NCBI GenBank assembly: GCA_951406725.2 | Contig: OX597833.1 | Span: forward strand, 15,748,001-15,812,000 | DNA: 64,000 nt | Source of the DNA: Octopus vulgaris | Taxonomy: Eukaryota | Direction: 5' to 3' | Part shown: in pieces, positions 25,799 to 40,171 of the stretch | Position numbering within the stretch: the stretch's first letter is position 1 | Layout: every line of letters starts with the position of its first letter | The notes under the pieces: generated by a model | Databases searched by the model: none | The model's input: the letters and a program-made list of their open reading frames with translations, nothing else | Told to the model about the DNA's origin: nothing | Position numbers and translations under genes: made by a program

Positions 25799-26864
25799 AC
25801 ACACTATCTGTGTCCGTATATTTTCGAACAGGGGAGTTTATCATCCCCGCTCAGCGCAAAACAATATCTGTGTATTGCGATTATCTGTCGTATAGCCAGC
25901 TAGAGACTATGTTTCATGGGATTAATTAGCGGTAAGTTTCGACTGCCACGTTATCTTTACTCTAGAGTTTAGACATTTACAAATAGAAATTTTCTAGTTT
26001 ATTATATCAGAGACAGTGTGTCATTTTAAAAACTATATATTTCGAACAAGAATTTAACAGCGCCGAACAGTTATTCTGAGATGACGAAGAGAAATAACAC
26101 AGAAATCGCGATACTCAGATATTGTTTTGTGCTGAGTTGGGATGTTCAACTCCCTTGTTCGAAAACATAAGGACACAGATATTGTGTCGTATACCCAGCT
26201 GAAGACGATGTATCCTGGGGCTAAATAATAGTAACGTTCGACTGTCACGTTATATTGGCAAATAATCTTTACTCTAGAGTACTGTTACTGAATGCCTCTC
26301 GTTTAGACATTTACAAGTAGAAATTTTCTAGTTTATTAGATCAGTGACAGTGTGTCATTTTGAAAACTATCAATTTCGAACAAGAATTTAGCAGCGCCAC
26401 CGTTAGCCGAACAGTTATTCTGAGCTGACGAAGGGAAATAATGGATGGAAACACTCCGTCGGTTACGACGACGAGGGTTCCGGTTGATCCGATCAACGGA
26501 ACAGCCTGCTCGTGAAATTAACGTGTAAGTGGCTGAGCACTCCACAGACACGTGTACCCTTAACGTAGTTCTCGGAGATATTCAGCGTGACACAGAGAGT
26601 GACAAGGCCGGCCCTTTGAAATATAGGTACAACAGAAACAGGAAGTAAGAGTGAGAGAAAGTTGTGGTGAAAGAGTACAGCCGGAGCCGCGTGGAGCTTT
26701 TAGGTGTTTTCGCTCAATAAACACTCACAACGCCTGGTCTGGGAATCGAAACCGCGATCCTATGGCCGCGAGTCGCCTGCCCTAACCACTGGGCCATTGC
26801 GCCTCCACTAAGGGAAATAATACAGAAATCGCGATACTCAGATATTGTTTTGTGCTGAGTGGGG
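25799..26864 (+). mobile_element. Penelope-like composite: inverted partial repeat plus two ~300-bp direct repeats, each with a hammerhead-like motif
   Basis: 25799-25888 is inverted relative to 26099-26187; 25887-26186 repeats at 26187-26864 once the SINE is removed; UCUGAG-CUGACGA...GAAA-UCGCGA-UA-CUCAGA. Confidence 0.75.
26443..26809 (-). mobile_element. SINE B inserted into a hammerhead-like motif
   Basis: TSD AAGGGAAATAAT at 26431-26442 and 26810-26821. Confidence 0.92.
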
Positions 26865-26869
26865 ATTTG

Positions 26870-27315
26870 TTTTGCGCTGACTGCCCAGATAGTCATTACG
26901 GTAATGAAATGTTTGGCATTCAGGCTGCATTTCAACACCATCGTCACCCTTTTTTGATACGCCTCGCTGAACTTGACTTCAATTTGTCTGTGTAGAATGT
27001 CATCCAACTCCAAAATCCCTAAATATTTATACTATCGGGTTCACCCATGGTCTCTCTTCATGGTAACCGCGATCCTGCGTTCTTACCTCTCTTCGTATTA
27101 CGTACTGAGCATTTCGTGATCCCAAATTGCATACCGATATCACTACCACACTCCTAGACTGTTTTGGTTAGGTAAACTATCTGTTTTTTTCAGATTTCCC
27201 AAATAATTTCAGGTCATCCATAAACAGAAGATGATTTACAGATGGACCTTTCTTCTCACATCGGTAACCCATCTTAACTTTCCAACGTGTCATTGTTATG
27301 GGTTTTAGTGCAATT
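26870..27315 (-). pseudogene. Decayed non-LTR RT fragment, R4/Dong-like
   Basis: VNHLLFMDDLKLFGKSE (catalytic DD) and YLGILELDDILH...LNA......TIWAVS, with frameshifts. Confidence 0.75.
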
Positions 27316-28450
27316 ACATAAAGTAACATTTGCACGCCAAAGAGAAAACTTAGCGGCATTTCGTCCGCCTTTACGTTCTGCAGTGGTCGAATTTACCTTT
27401 CATCATTTTGCGGTCGATAAAATAAGTCTCACCTGAGCACTGAGGACCCCGAAATTTCTGGCACTGTGCAAGAATTCGAAACTATTATTATTGTTACTAA
27501 TGCTTCAATTTAGGGATACGGCTAAAACTGATGTTATTTAATAATGGTACGGCGTCTCTCATTAAAGGATGTCCGATTAATTAATGCATGAGTTATGAAT
27601 GTGGTAGATAATTAATTTAATTAATTACACTGCGAATATAATCCAGGTGATCAGTATCTGTATGAATAAGTTAGAACAATTAAAGCTAACAAATATGTTA
27701 AAATACAACATTTATTAAAATAACTAGACTTTTTTATGAATTAATATTGTTAAAAAAATTACCATTATTGAAATATTTGTTGGCGCCATGTTTTCTCGAA
27801 TAACATTTATTCGAGTTTTATTTTTCGTTTTGCAAAGTGCCATTCATACATTTGTGGGGAATATTGCGACAGAGCAGTGAAATAAACTATATAGAGAAAA
27901 ACAAATGACAATTATTTCGTTCAACGTTATTGATTAATAATAATTATTAGCATAAGGTGAACCGTATTAAACATTAATGTTGAGAATATTTCCAAAATTC
28001 ATTCTGAATGATCAATATGATTTCAGTCGAGATTTTGTGTGTAATAAATTAGTAACCTCCTAAATAAAATTATAATAAAAATTTGTTTTTAGTAATTAAT
28101 GCCAAAAACATATGAATCGTAAATGGCGCATTGTACGATGTTTGGAATATTTGTTCTAGCGTAATGTATATAATAAATGTATAAGCAATGCCTGTGCTGA
28201 AACGAACTTTACGTGTATTGTACAACGGTGGATTCGATCGTTTTGTAAGTACAGTATTCAGAGTTTGTGTAGGTAAACTGTTTCATACTGTCTCTATCAG
28301 AAGTACTTCGCTCGCTCCTTTACAGCTCAATGTATGAGTTAAAGACCCAAACGATATGCATACAGTGAAGAGATTTATATACACCCACGCACATACTTGC
28401 AAGTGATATTGCTCCCACATATACATACAAACACCGGCACATACACACAC

Positions 28451-28505
<55 letters not shown>

Positions 28506-28544
28506 CAATTTAGGAATGGCTTTAACAGGCCATTCGTCCACTAA

Positions 28545-28576
<32 letters not shown>

Positions 28577-28579
<3 letters not shown>

Positions 28580-28883
28580 AGGGGCACTGGCCCAGTGGTT
28601 AGGGCAGCGGACTCGCGGTCGTAGGATCGCGGTTTCGATTCCCAGACCGGGCATTGTGTGTGTTTATTGAGCGAAAACACCCCTAAAAGCTCCACGACGC
28701 TCCGGCAGGGGTCGGTGATCCCTGCTGTACTCTTTCACCACTCTTTCTCTCACTCTTTCGTCTGTTGGTCTGCTCGCTTAACCAGCGGGGTGGCGTCATT
28801 CGAAGGCTAAAACAATGCGAACGCATTGTGACCAGCGATGTGTAACAACATCTGACGGTCTGGTCGGTCACGTGATCACGTGA
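28577..28883 (+). mobile_element. SINE B head with alternative tail, inserted in (TA)n
   Basis: B head to CTCACTCTT, then a distinct tail ending GGTCGGTCACGTGATCACGTGA; same type at 59931. Confidence 0.85.
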
Positions 28884-28944
28884 TATATATATATATATAT
28901 ATATACGTGCACACACATATGTGATCATAAGATCGAGTTTCCGG

Positions 28945-29265
28945 AATCTTTACTTCCAAATGACATGGCTCCAGGTTCAGTCTCAGTGTGGCACCTTCAG
29001 CTAGAGTCTCCTACTATACCTCGGGGCCGACCAAAGTTCGTGAGTAGATTTCGTAGACGGAAACTGAAAGAAAACCCATCGAGTGTATATATAGAGGGGG
29101 GTTATCTTTGTGTCTGTGTATGTCCCCACTACCGCTTGACCACCGGTGTTGGTGCCTTTACGTTCCCGTCATTTAGCGTTTCGACAAAAGAGGAGGATAG
29201 AATAAGTACTTGACATAACAGTTAAGTCTTAGGGTCGATGTGTTCGACAAAAACCCTTCACAGCC
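28945..29265 (+). mobile_element. Old SINE A
   Basis: Diverged family match. Confidence 0.75.
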
Positions 29266-30588
29266 CCATCTTGGAAGAATCAAACCTGTAGGTAGCACAA
29301 ATGTAGACTACAAATAGGACGTAAATTCGCAGTGAACAAGGTTATAAAACTCTATGGTTGTATTTACAGGAATGCATGCACCATATCCAAAAAGGAAGCA
29401 TTTCCGGTGTTGCCAAAGGGTTTTCTTAAAATGAATATTCGACCAGCTAGAAATAACAGCTAAATGGCTTTGTCGACTTACTATTTAGATAAGCTTGAAT
29501 ATATTACATAATTTTTTTCTTAATTGCTCAATGCTCTAGAAAAAAAAAATCAAAGTTACTTTTGAAATGTTGCTGATTCCATGTCTCTTCTTTCAAAATT
29601 GATCTGGATCAAAAATATAATTTGTTGGAATTTATGGATGGTTTGGTACTCCGGGAGGAGAAACATCAACGCCACAACAAATATCTGTTTATACGCCAAA
29701 TAACCATATCAGTATAGGCAACATTTTTTCCCTAGTGGTACATTTTTATTATTTTCAAAATCCGGTGACGCACCTGAACTAAAAGTATAAGGAAAAGCTT
29801 ATATTTAAGATACAGTGCGGCACACCTAGCATCGTCTCGTGGCACATTGCTGCTGAGTGCTCTGACCCATTAAGCTAGAAGATCCCTGACTCGCTCAAGA
29901 ACACAACGCACCATTCGGTCTGGGAACCGACGTCACTTTCTTGCTAGCGTGAGTGCAATGTCCTCTAATCTGCAGCCTATGAACCAACGGTTACAAACAT
30001 CATTACAATAATTGCCAAAAGAGAACGTGATTCAGAGATAATCAATAGGCGACAAAATTCTTTCGTTCGTCATAATTAAGAAGAAAATATACTGATAATT
30101 GAAATCCTAGGGCTTTAGTATTTTTGCAAACACGTATCTCGAGCATGTCTAAAGGAATTATTACACTTAAAACACTGACCGTTTCATGTAAATTTTGAAA
30201 CCTACAGAATATGCAAACTGAATAAACTAATTACAAGGATGAGCCAAGATAATCCTAGATTTTTCTAATTTTATTGCAATAAGATTATTTTAAAATTAGC
30301 ATTTTGATAAAGTAGTATAATGCTGATAAGAATATGTGATACTAGTTTCTCTGGTATGGAGACATGAATCGTGAATTTCCATTCATTATTCATTTATTCT
30401 GTATGTCTCTTAGGTGTTTTAGTCATTAGACTGTGGCCATGCTGGGGCACCGACTTGAAGAATTTTAGCCGAAAGAATCGACTCAAGTACTTATTTTTTA
30501 AGCTGAGAACTAGTTCAGTCCGTCTCATTTAAGAAATGTAGTCACTAACACCAGTTTTCATACGGTGGATAGGAGGGAGAGCCAAGCA

Positions 30589-30682
<94 letters not shown>

Positions 30683-30734
30683 AGAAGAAATGAGGTACAT
30701 ACATATACGACGGGATTCTTTGAGTTTCTGTATT

Positions 30735-30922
30735 GTCGCCCCCAACATCGCTTGACAACCGATGCTGGTGTGTTTACGTCCCCGTAACTTAGCGCTTCGG
30801 CAAAAGAGAACCGATAGAATAAGTACTAGGCTTACACAGAATAAGTCCTGGAGTCGATTTGCTCGACTAAAGGCGGTGCTCCAGCATGGTCACAGTCAAA
30901 TAACTGAAACAAGTAAAAGAGT
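30735..30922 (+). mobile_element. SINE A 3' half
   Basis: Family tail match. Confidence 0.85.
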
Positions 30923-30934
30923 AAAAGAATATAT

Positions 30935-31305
30935 GGGAAGCACTCCGTCGGTTGCGACGACGAGGGTTCCGGTTGATCCGATCAACGGAACAGCCTGCTC
31001 GTGAAATTAACGTGTAAGTGGCTGAGCACTCCACAGACACGTGTACCCTTAACGTAGTTCTCGGGGATATTCAGCGTGACACAGAGAGTGACAAGGCCGG
31101 CCCTTTGAAATACAGGTACAACAGAAACAGGAAGTAAGAGTGAGAGAAAGAGTAGAGCAGGGATCACCACCATTCCTGCCGGAGCCTCGTGGAGCTTTAG
31201 GTGTTTTCGCTCGATAAACACACACAACGCCCGGTCTGGGAATCGAAACCGCGATTCTACGACCGCGAGTCCGCTGCCCTAACCACTGGGCCATTGCGCC
31301 TCCAC
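30935..31305 (-). mobile_element. SINE B, full length
   Basis: TSD AAAAGAATATAT. Confidence 0.92.
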
Positions 31306-31797
31306 AAAAGAATATATATATTGAAATACATACGATTTGTTGTAGATGGTGATGATAATAGCTATCACCATAGCAACAGAAATCTCTGTAATGGACAGTA
31401 AGCTGGCCATTACATGTTCACTGAATTTTTTCCTTTGCTAGAAATAACAGAGAAATCTTCCTCAAATCGTAACCCAATCTTTTATGTAACGCAATGACGT
31501 ATAGATAGTGTAGACATTCTAAGCCTTGACACACAGACTAGAATGACGACAAAATCGCTTTTGACTATATTTCTGCTTCGCCAGGCTTCACATGGATAAG
31601 CATCAATAACATTTTACCGTATTCATTTTATTTTATTTATTTTTGATATCGCGTCCACATTCCAATACTGCAGAAAAGCACTTAATGCCGTAGCGATTAT
31701 TGAACAAATATCTACTCCATTTTGTATATTCTATTCCATTGAAGATTACAACATACTTCAAACAAATATATTTAACTCTATCCATCTAACTCTCACT

Positions 31798-31885
<88 letters not shown>

Positions 31886-31939
31886 TAATATATACATATA
31901 TATAAATATATATGAATATGCATATAAAAATATATGCGA

Positions 31940-32003
<64 letters not shown>

Positions 32004-32014
32004 ATATATACATA

Positions 32015-32054
<40 letters not shown>

Positions 32055-32329
32055 TATATACACATTTTGATACGCATAGATACATATATAATGTATACAC
32101 ACATATGTACACATATGCACACACACATTTACATATATATAGAGATATACACTCACAACTGGAGAGAAATAAATATATATATATGCATACATATACACAC
32201 GTATATACATATGTATGAAAATGCACCATAAAGATAGAATAATTGTGGGTATCTTAATGGAAAAATTAAACGACAAAATAGATATAGTATTTCGCCTACA
32301 TGTGTTAGATATGTATATGTATGCATAGC

Positions 32330-32932
32330 GAAAGAGCGTGGCTAACTGGTTAGCATATTCGCTTCATGAATGTGAGGCCATGAGTTCCATTCCGCGCGAC
32401 ACGTTGTATCCTTGGCCAAGACATTTTATTCGACTTCACCCCAGTCCACTCATCTGGCGAAAAATGGGATTGTACCAGTATTTGAAAGGATCAGCCTTGT
32501 CACACTCTGTGTCACGCTGAATCTCCTTGAGAACTACGTTAAGGGTGTACGTGTCTGTGGAATACTCAGCCACTTCCACGTAATTTTGGTGCATCTGTCG
32601 TTAGTGATTTCGAAGGCGCATGGCGTAGTGGTTGGGGTATTTAGCTCACGATTGTGAGGTCGTGGATTCAATTCCCAGTGATGCGATTTGCCCTTGAGCA
32701 AGACACTTTATTTCACGTTGAACCAGTCCACTCAGCTGGCAAAAATGAGTAGTACCTGTAATTGAAAGAGTCAGCCTTGTCACACTCTGAGTCACGCTGA
32801 ATCTCCCTCCTTCGTTAAAGGTACACGGTGCCTGCAGAGTGCTCAGCCACTTGCAGGTTAATTTCAAGGAGCAGATTGTTCCGTTAATCGGATCAATTGG
32901 AACCCGCGTCGTCGTAAGCGACGGATTGCCAG
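32330..32932 (+). mobile_element. Two adjacent SINEs with C-like CORE head and B-type tail
   Basis: 32330-32590 and 32612-32932: CTTGRSCAAGACA CORE-like block followed by CAGCCTTGTCACACTCTG...CACGCTGAATCTCC. Confidence 0.75.
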
Positions 32933-33781
32933 TAGGGTGTGCGTGCATGCGTGTGTGTGTATGTGAGTGTGTGTGTGCGTTTGTGTGCGTGTATGTGTGT
33001 ATGTGTGTGCGTGTGTTTGTGTGTTTAAGTTTGTCTTTCATCTTTCAGACGCCATCAATGCCGGTAATGTAGGAAATGATATAATCAAAAATACCCTAAA
33101 GAACTGTATCTGACATGGCTCCTAAAAGATTAAAGTTTTTAAGAGAAACATATAACTACATATATATACTTGTCTAGCATATGTATATATATATATTTGT
33201 CTAGCATATGTACATACATATGTACATAGCTTGTCTAGCATATGTACATATATTTGTAGAGAAAGATAAACAGGGAGATAGAGATCACGATCTGTTTATG
33301 TATGTACAATGCTTGTAAGTGTATACACATCCATCTCAAAGTTAAAAGGAAATATGATGTAAATCCAAGTCTCCCTGTAGTAATATGCAATGCAAGTTTG
33401 CGGCAGGAGCAGCTCTTATCTGCTGCTTCTGTATCGTTACCGAAGGAGATGAGAGAGTGACGAATGTGTTTCTGAATATTGATTGGAGAAATTATTTGCA
33501 AAACATTGGGCGTCGGTATCTTGTAGCTTAAGGAACTGCAGAAATCTGCAATAAGAATTATAATCCAACGCGGTAATCACCGGCACGTCAGCAGAAACTA
33601 TGCGCTCCGAACACACACACAGACACAGACACGTATTCGCACACACATTCATGCATATCTGTCTATGTGTGTGTATTTGTGCGTGTGTGTGCGAGACGGA
33701 TTGAACTAGTTCTCGGCTTAAAAAATAAGTACATAGGTCGAATAACTATAGGGTCCTGTACAAATCATAGTATATATATTG

Positions 33782-33827
<46 letters not shown>

Positions 33828-33871
33828 TATATCTATCTATATATGTATGTGTATACACATATAGAGAAATA

Positions 33872-33923
<52 letters not shown>

Positions 33924-34000
33924 TAGGCGCAGGAGAGGTTGTGTGGTAATTAATTTGCTTACCAACCGCATGGTTTCGGGTTCAGTCCCAATGCGTGGTA

Positions 34001-34102
<102 letters not shown>

Positions 34103-34376
34103 TGTGCATACACACATATATTTATATATGTATATCAATGTTTGCTTTTATGTCAAATTGTATGAAGAGCAATTTAACATTGCAGTTAACTATTAACAAG
34201 AGAATGGCAGACAGTAACTCCGAAGTTTCGTCTTCTTCGCTCACACTTACATCATACCGTACTTTACATGAGTTCTGTCGGACTTCATGTAGTCTTTGTC
34301 AGATTGTTTCGCTTTCTGGTGAGGTAGGGATATGTGAATGAAAAACAGGTATGGTATAACTAGATTTCCGGACAAC

Positions 34377-34940
34377 TAGGGTTGTCCGGAAAGTTCGTGC
34401 CAATTTATAGCAGTTTACATTTCGACTTATTTTAGAACATGGTTGAGTCCAAAAAATTGGGCGACTACACATACATTTAGAGCCCAGTTTAAGCTATCTT
34501 TTCGTGAAAGAAGGTTTATGTTCCTATAATCAGTGTTAATTCTGTAATCCTTTAAAATGGAAGATAAGAAAGATCATTTTTGGCACTTGATGCTTTGGGA
34601 ACCAGGCAAAAATTTCTGCAGCTCAGCTGGGATGTGTTACCCCACCCTCCATATTCACCAGATATTGTTCCTTCGGATTTCCACTTATTCAGGTCTCTGC
34701 ATAATAGTCTTAATGGTAAAAATATCAATTCCTTGGATGACGTAAAAAAGATACCTTGATGAATTCTTTGCCATGAAACCACCTCAATTCTGGGAAGAGG
34801 GTATTATCAAGTTAAAGGAAAGATGGTGACGCATTGTGCAACAAAATGGTTCATATTTCATTGATTAAGAACGAATGGCAAGTATTTATTGACCTTTTTC
34901 TTTCCTTTAAAAATCGGCACGAGCTTTCCGGACAACCCAG
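34377..34940 (+). mobile_element. Internally deleted mariner element, copy 2
   Basis: Same TIRs and same deletion junction; HPPYSPDIVPSDFHLFRSL remnant. Confidence 0.92.
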
Positions 34941-34980
34941 TAGTTAGTTGCGTAGGAATAATTAACCTGAACATTTCTGT

Positions 34981-35261
34981 TGTGGTGAGAGTCACGACGC
35001 CCCCTTGCGTGAAATGCACTGGGCCGAGCGGTTATCAATAATAGCGGTCAGTATGAAGCTTGTATTAATTCGAGTTGGATTCGCAGTGACGTCGGAATGT
35101 GTCGGTTGGTTAGTTCGTTCGTTTGGAATATCGATTGTTGATTCGTGAAGAGATTGTTGGTTAGTTACTTGTTATTACGGCTGCATCGTTAACTTGTTTA
35201 CTGCTACTACGCTGGTACAGTGTATCTAAATCATATATCAATATAACGTGGTACCATTACA
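34981..35261 (+). mobile_element. Possible solo LTR
   Basis: TGT...ACA ends and CpG-rich interior; no convincing TSD. Confidence 0.3.
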
Positions 35262-35433
35262 ATGGAGATTAGAGAATGCAAAAATCTCTAACAACGAAAC
35301 TATATTTTTCTAGGCTGTGATTTGATAGAAAATCAATCAGATCAGTGACAGGTTTCTCCTTTCTAAACGAATGCCACTAAACTTGTTTTGAGTTCGTTTG
35401 ACTTTTTAGAATTATTAGTTATATCTTTAATTA

Positions 35434-35574
35434 TAAGGTTGTCCCAAAAGTACGTAGAAAGTCTTGGAAAATAATGGTCTTTATTTTGAGGAATAATTTT
35501 TGTTGTTTTTGTTAGTACTTGGCGAGTAAAAATTCAATTTTCGCAAGTGTTTACGAACTTTTGGGACAACCTAA
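35434..35574. mobile_element. 141-bp mariner-type MITE
   Basis: TA flanks; TIR AGGTTGTCCCAAAAGT(A/T)CGTA, related to the mariner TIR. Confidence 0.8.
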
Positions 35575-35764
35575 TATTAATCAATGTCGAAGATTAAAAT
35601 TTTACAGTCATTATTTTATTTATATTTCTACAGTAGTGTTTTAGGTAATCAAGAGACAATTTGTCATTTATTGGGTTACAGATGGAAACAATTAGTAATA
35701 AAAAAACATGGAATATCAAAGTAATTATTACGGTCATAATAATCATCCTTATAATGAAAGTACT

Positions 35765-36270
35765 GTGGAGGCGCAATGGCCCAGTGGTTAGGGAAGCGGA
35801 CTCGCAGTCGTAGGATCGCGGTTTCGATTCCCAGACCAGGCATTGTGAGTGTTTATTGAGCGAAAACACCTAAAGCTCCACGAGGCTCTGGCAGCGGGGG
35901 TTAACCTTGCTCTACTCTTTCACCACAACTTTCTCTCACTCTTTCTGCCCGTTTCTCTTGTACCTGTATTTCAAAGGGCCAGCCTTGTCACACTCTGTGT
36001 CACGCTGAATCTTTCCGAGAATTACGTTAAGGGTACACGTGTCTGTGGAGTCCTCAGACACTTGCACGTTAATAAATGAGCTGCGATGTCACTGGTGCCA
36101 AACTGTATCAGACTTTGCCTTTCCCTTGGATAACATCGGCGGCGTGGAGAGTGAGGCCGGTATGTATGGGCGACTGCTGACCTTCCATAAATAACCTTGC
36201 CCAGACTTGTGCCTCGGAAGGTAACTTTCTAGGTGCAATCCCATGGTCATTCATGACCGAAGACGGTCAC
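35765..36270 (+). mobile_element. Chimeric SINE: B head and body fused to C tail
   Basis: B sequence to CACGTTAAT (~36073), then AAATGAGCTGCGATGTCACTGG C tail. Confidence 0.85.
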
Positions 36271-36288
36271 AATGAAACTCCTATAGAA

Positions 36289-36627
36289 CTTGGTTCTCAA
36301 CCGGGGTCCATATGAACCTTGGTGACCCTTATGAGATTATTTGGAGGTCCACACTAGCAAAATCGTAAATGAAGAACCCACAGTATTATTTTAATTATCC
36401 ATGAAAAGTTTTGTTTTAAATATCTATATTACAAGAAACATCTGGGTTCCTTTCTCTAGCGTTTTACATATTTGAATCTATGCATATGAATGTATGAATA
36501 ACAAAATAGGGATTTTGAAAGAAAGAACTATAATATTAGTACTTAAACATCGAATGGTTATGGGTTTCCACTAGTGTAAAATACTAAATAAAAGGGGTCC
36601 TAGATAAAAAATGGTTGAGAACTACGG
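36289..36627. mobile_element. hAT/Charlie-type MITE
   Basis: TGGTTCTCAACC / GGTTGAGAAC termini; imperfect 8-bp flanks CTATAGAA / CAATAGAG. Confidence 0.65.
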
Positions 36628-37205
36628 CAATAGAGTAACATGGTTGTCCATTAGAAATTTAGCAGAGAAGACAGAATACACGTATTAGATGTGTTAATCT
36701 TTAAACCGTTTTTCAGGCCCATTTCTGTCCAATTTTAGTCATCAATGCAAGTAGATTTACGTATATAATGAGATGTATTTTAGAAGTCCTGTAAGCGATG
36801 TTACGCCTGCTGTGCATGTCCGAGCATCTTTATATTCATTATCAATGAAATATAATGATACAATACCAATGAAAACCTGATCACTTACCTACTAAGTCAT
36901 TACTAAGACGTCGTGGGACCGACTTAATAATGGAATATTGCATTAATATGCAACATTATAATAAAATGAATATCAAATAATGATATGAAACCTTACATTG
37001 AATCCGATCAACAGCATATGAATAATAATGGGCTCATAATATATATTGGGCTAATTGGCTGCATTCTACATGTATTGTATTGTCGTATGGCTGACGGCAT
37101 GTGAAGTCATATTAGTCTGTAAATATTCTAAAGAAGCAGTCAGGAACTCGTTGTTGAGGGATCACTAAATGGCAATGATTGTGCTCATAGAAGAACACAT
37201 ACGCA

Positions 37206-37249
<44 letters not shown>

Positions 37250-37636
37250 GCTCGAATGGAAATAACATAGTTTCGGTGATTTCAAAGAGCAGACGTCATT
37301 ATAGTATCGTTGAATAAAATAGAGATGACAGACAGCAGGGAGTTCGAATAAGCTGGAAAAATGTTTGTTAATTATTTCAGGTCAAGCAATCGAATGATCT
37401 TTTTATCGATGCTTCTGGATGTAGCAACGATACTGTTACAATTGCGGGATAAATACTAAATTGTGAACCGCGCATCGATTCTTCGACATCCTTTGATGGT
37501 GAGTAATGAGTTATTTTCTATCCTTTGAAGAAAAGGACAAGACTTTGTGATGGATTTCTAGCTATGTTAACGATGTGCATCCGACAGCCATGAAACTTGA
37601 TGATAGGGCAAATGCACGGTTGCGTGCTGCACTTCT

Positions 37637-38047
37637 TATTTCTTTATTGCTCACAAGGGGCTAAACATAAAGGGGACAAACAAGGACATGCAAAGGGATT
37701 AAGTCGATTAGATCGACCCCAGTGCGTAACTGGTACTTATTTAATCGACCCCGAAAGGACGAAAGCAAAGTTGACCTCGGCGGAATTTGAACTCAGAAAG
37801 TAGCGGCAGACGAAATACCTATTTCTTTACTCCTCACAAGGAGCTAAACACAGAGAGGACAAACAAGGACAGACAAACGGATTAATTCGATTATATCGAC
37901 CCCAGTGCGTAACTGGTACTTAATTTATCGGCCCCGAAAGAATGAATGGCAAAGTCGACCTCGGCGGAATTTGAACTCAGAACGTAAAGACAGTCGAAAT
38001 ACCGCTAAGCATTTCGCCCGGCATGCTAACGTTTCTGCCAGTTTGCA
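37637..38047 (-). mobile_element. SINE D dimer with Tx1-like tails
   Basis: Junction AAAGAAATAG-GTATTTCGTC on the minus strand; TSD CGT(G/T)CTGCACTTCT. Confidence 0.88.
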
Positions 38048-38699
38048 CGTTCTGCACTTCTGTAGGAGAATGGTGATATGAGATGGACTTGGGTTATATT
38101 ACGTGATAGCAAGTAGGTCATTAATGTAAAGAGCGTAGAGAATGCAAGACACGTATGTGAACTCTGAAATACAACAGCGTAGATTGAGAATGGGACAGAG
38201 TGTTTCCGCAGCACATCCCTGAACAGTACGTTATGTTAAAGCGTCACTGAAACAAGAGATGAGTAGAGCCTGTAGTTGGATATCTTTTATATGATATCCA
38301 AGCGCCAAACACAATCGAAAACATGGCAAACGAGAAAGAATTATAAAATTGCTTTCAATTTAGTGAACGGTATAGGAAATGTACACTGCGTTTGTATCGC
38401 TCTTTCAGATTCACTACAAATGGTCGTTAAATGAAATGAGAGTGCAGTTCAGATCTTTGAAAACGGTGTTATTCATTGTTGTCTTCCTTATTTTGGAGGT
38501 ATTTTAAATCACTGCAATGCAACAATCGTTGGTAAGGTCACGGGGCTGATTTTTGTGGCAACAATGCGACGCTTTTTAGTGTCTTTCAATGGGCAGAATT
38601 TTTCGCTGTGGAGTGAAAAAGACTGGAGAATTTCTTTTGCGTAGCATCTGATAGTTTCACGTTGCTGGTGTTATTGAAATAAGGAAAATAAAGTAAATT

Positions 38700-38940
38700 T
38701 GGTCCCCGAGTCATGGACTCATGGGGCCGGTTTGCAGGTTTCCATGGTGTATAAATTCGCACCTGGACGGGTTGCCGGTCCCTCACGGGATTACTCATTT
38801 TTCCCAGCTGAGTAAATTGAAACAACGTAAAATGAAGTGTTTTGTTCAAGAACACAATATGTCACTCGGTCCTAGAATGGAAACCGCAATATAACAATCA
38901 TAAACCCGACGTCCAAACCACTAAGCCAACACGCCTCTAC
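38700..38940 (-). mobile_element. Old CORE-like SINE with V-domain-like tail
   Basis: tRNA head, TGTGTTCTTGAACAAAACACTT, GGACCGGCAACCCGTCCAGG; similar to 60306-60553. Confidence 0.65.
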
Positions 38941-39956
38941 CATTGAACTAAAGCGACCGATGAAACAATCGCATTTAGTATTCGTGTGTGTGCTTGTATG
39001 AGCGTGCACTACGGTGAACCTGGCGGAGTAGAATGGGATACCTTTGAAGAAAGTATGTTTGCGTACATGCAGTTTACAGACGGATACAAAGTAAGCAGGG
39101 AGAGTGAAGGTTTCCATCGCGAATAATCTTTGAGATGTAGAGAAGAATCCGATTCTACAAAGCTCGTGATGATAATTTTTGCAAGTTTGCAGGAATAATC
39201 TGTGGAAGTTTGTGGACAGTTAATTGCACGAAGGCATTCTTCGTGTTTCGGTTGCGATATTACAATGCTTTGTGTACTGAGTGCATTTCGAAATTTACCT
39301 TTCCCAGTACATAAAATATTCGGCAGTATGCTGTATATATTGATAATTTAATTTGCAAAGCGATGATGATATGTGATTTCAAAGTAAATATTCATAATCA
39401 TGTCTGAGATGGGTTGACATATCTAATCGTTCGCTTAATCCGTTTAAGACTTGAAATATAAATAATTTCTTCCTTCCCAGTTTGAATTATATCTATCAGG
39501 CTTTTTCAGAATGACGTAATCAAGTATTTACAACAAGATTTTAAAAGCCGTTGCAAAACGCAATGTACTTAAGAGGCTTGGTTACATTTTTTTTATATTT
39601 CTTTACGCATTAATAAAGATGATAGAATAAGATGATAAATGTTATCACACTTCTTGCTTAATTCAATATCATTTCCAAGCAGACTATTGTGATGTGTTTG
39701 TTCTTTGGCCCAATGTTTACAAAGCTTTCGAAAGTCTATTAACGAAATTTCGAATAGTTTGTATGCAACGTCAAATAAATTCATAAATTTTATTTATGTA
39801 CTGATTATCGTTATGTTCTCGACTTGTAAATTTTCACCGTAAACAAATTACAGGCAAGCGAGGGATTTTCTCCGTAACAAAACACAATAAATGGTTTACT
39901 TTCGGGTTTGAATATGCCTCATGCATATTTGAATTGATGATAGCCTTGTAATTATC

Positions 39957-40171
39957 CTTTCCTACTCTAGGCACAAGGCCCGAAATTTTGGGGGCGGGGG
40001 CCAGTCGATTAGATCGACCCCAGTACGTACCTGGTACAGAATTTATCGACCCCGAAAGATTAAAAGGCAAAGTCGACCTCGGCGGAGTTTGAACTCAGAA
40101 CGTAAAGACAAACGAAATACCGCTAGGCATTTTGCCAGGCGTGCTAACGTTTCTGCCAGCTCGCCGCCTTG
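39957..40171 (-). mobile_element. SINE D monomer with alternative tail
   Basis: 16-bp TSD TAGCCTTGTAATTATC; tail CCCCAAAATTTCGGGCCTTGTGCC. Confidence 0.9.

Noticed and set aside
33235-33652. Non-repetitive minus-strand ORFs
   Set aside because: No recognisable domain or splice support
34210-34265. Minus-strand ACGGU-AUGAUGU...GAAA-CUUCGGAG-UU-ACUGU
   Set aside because: Two core changes and almost no stem II; at best a fossil
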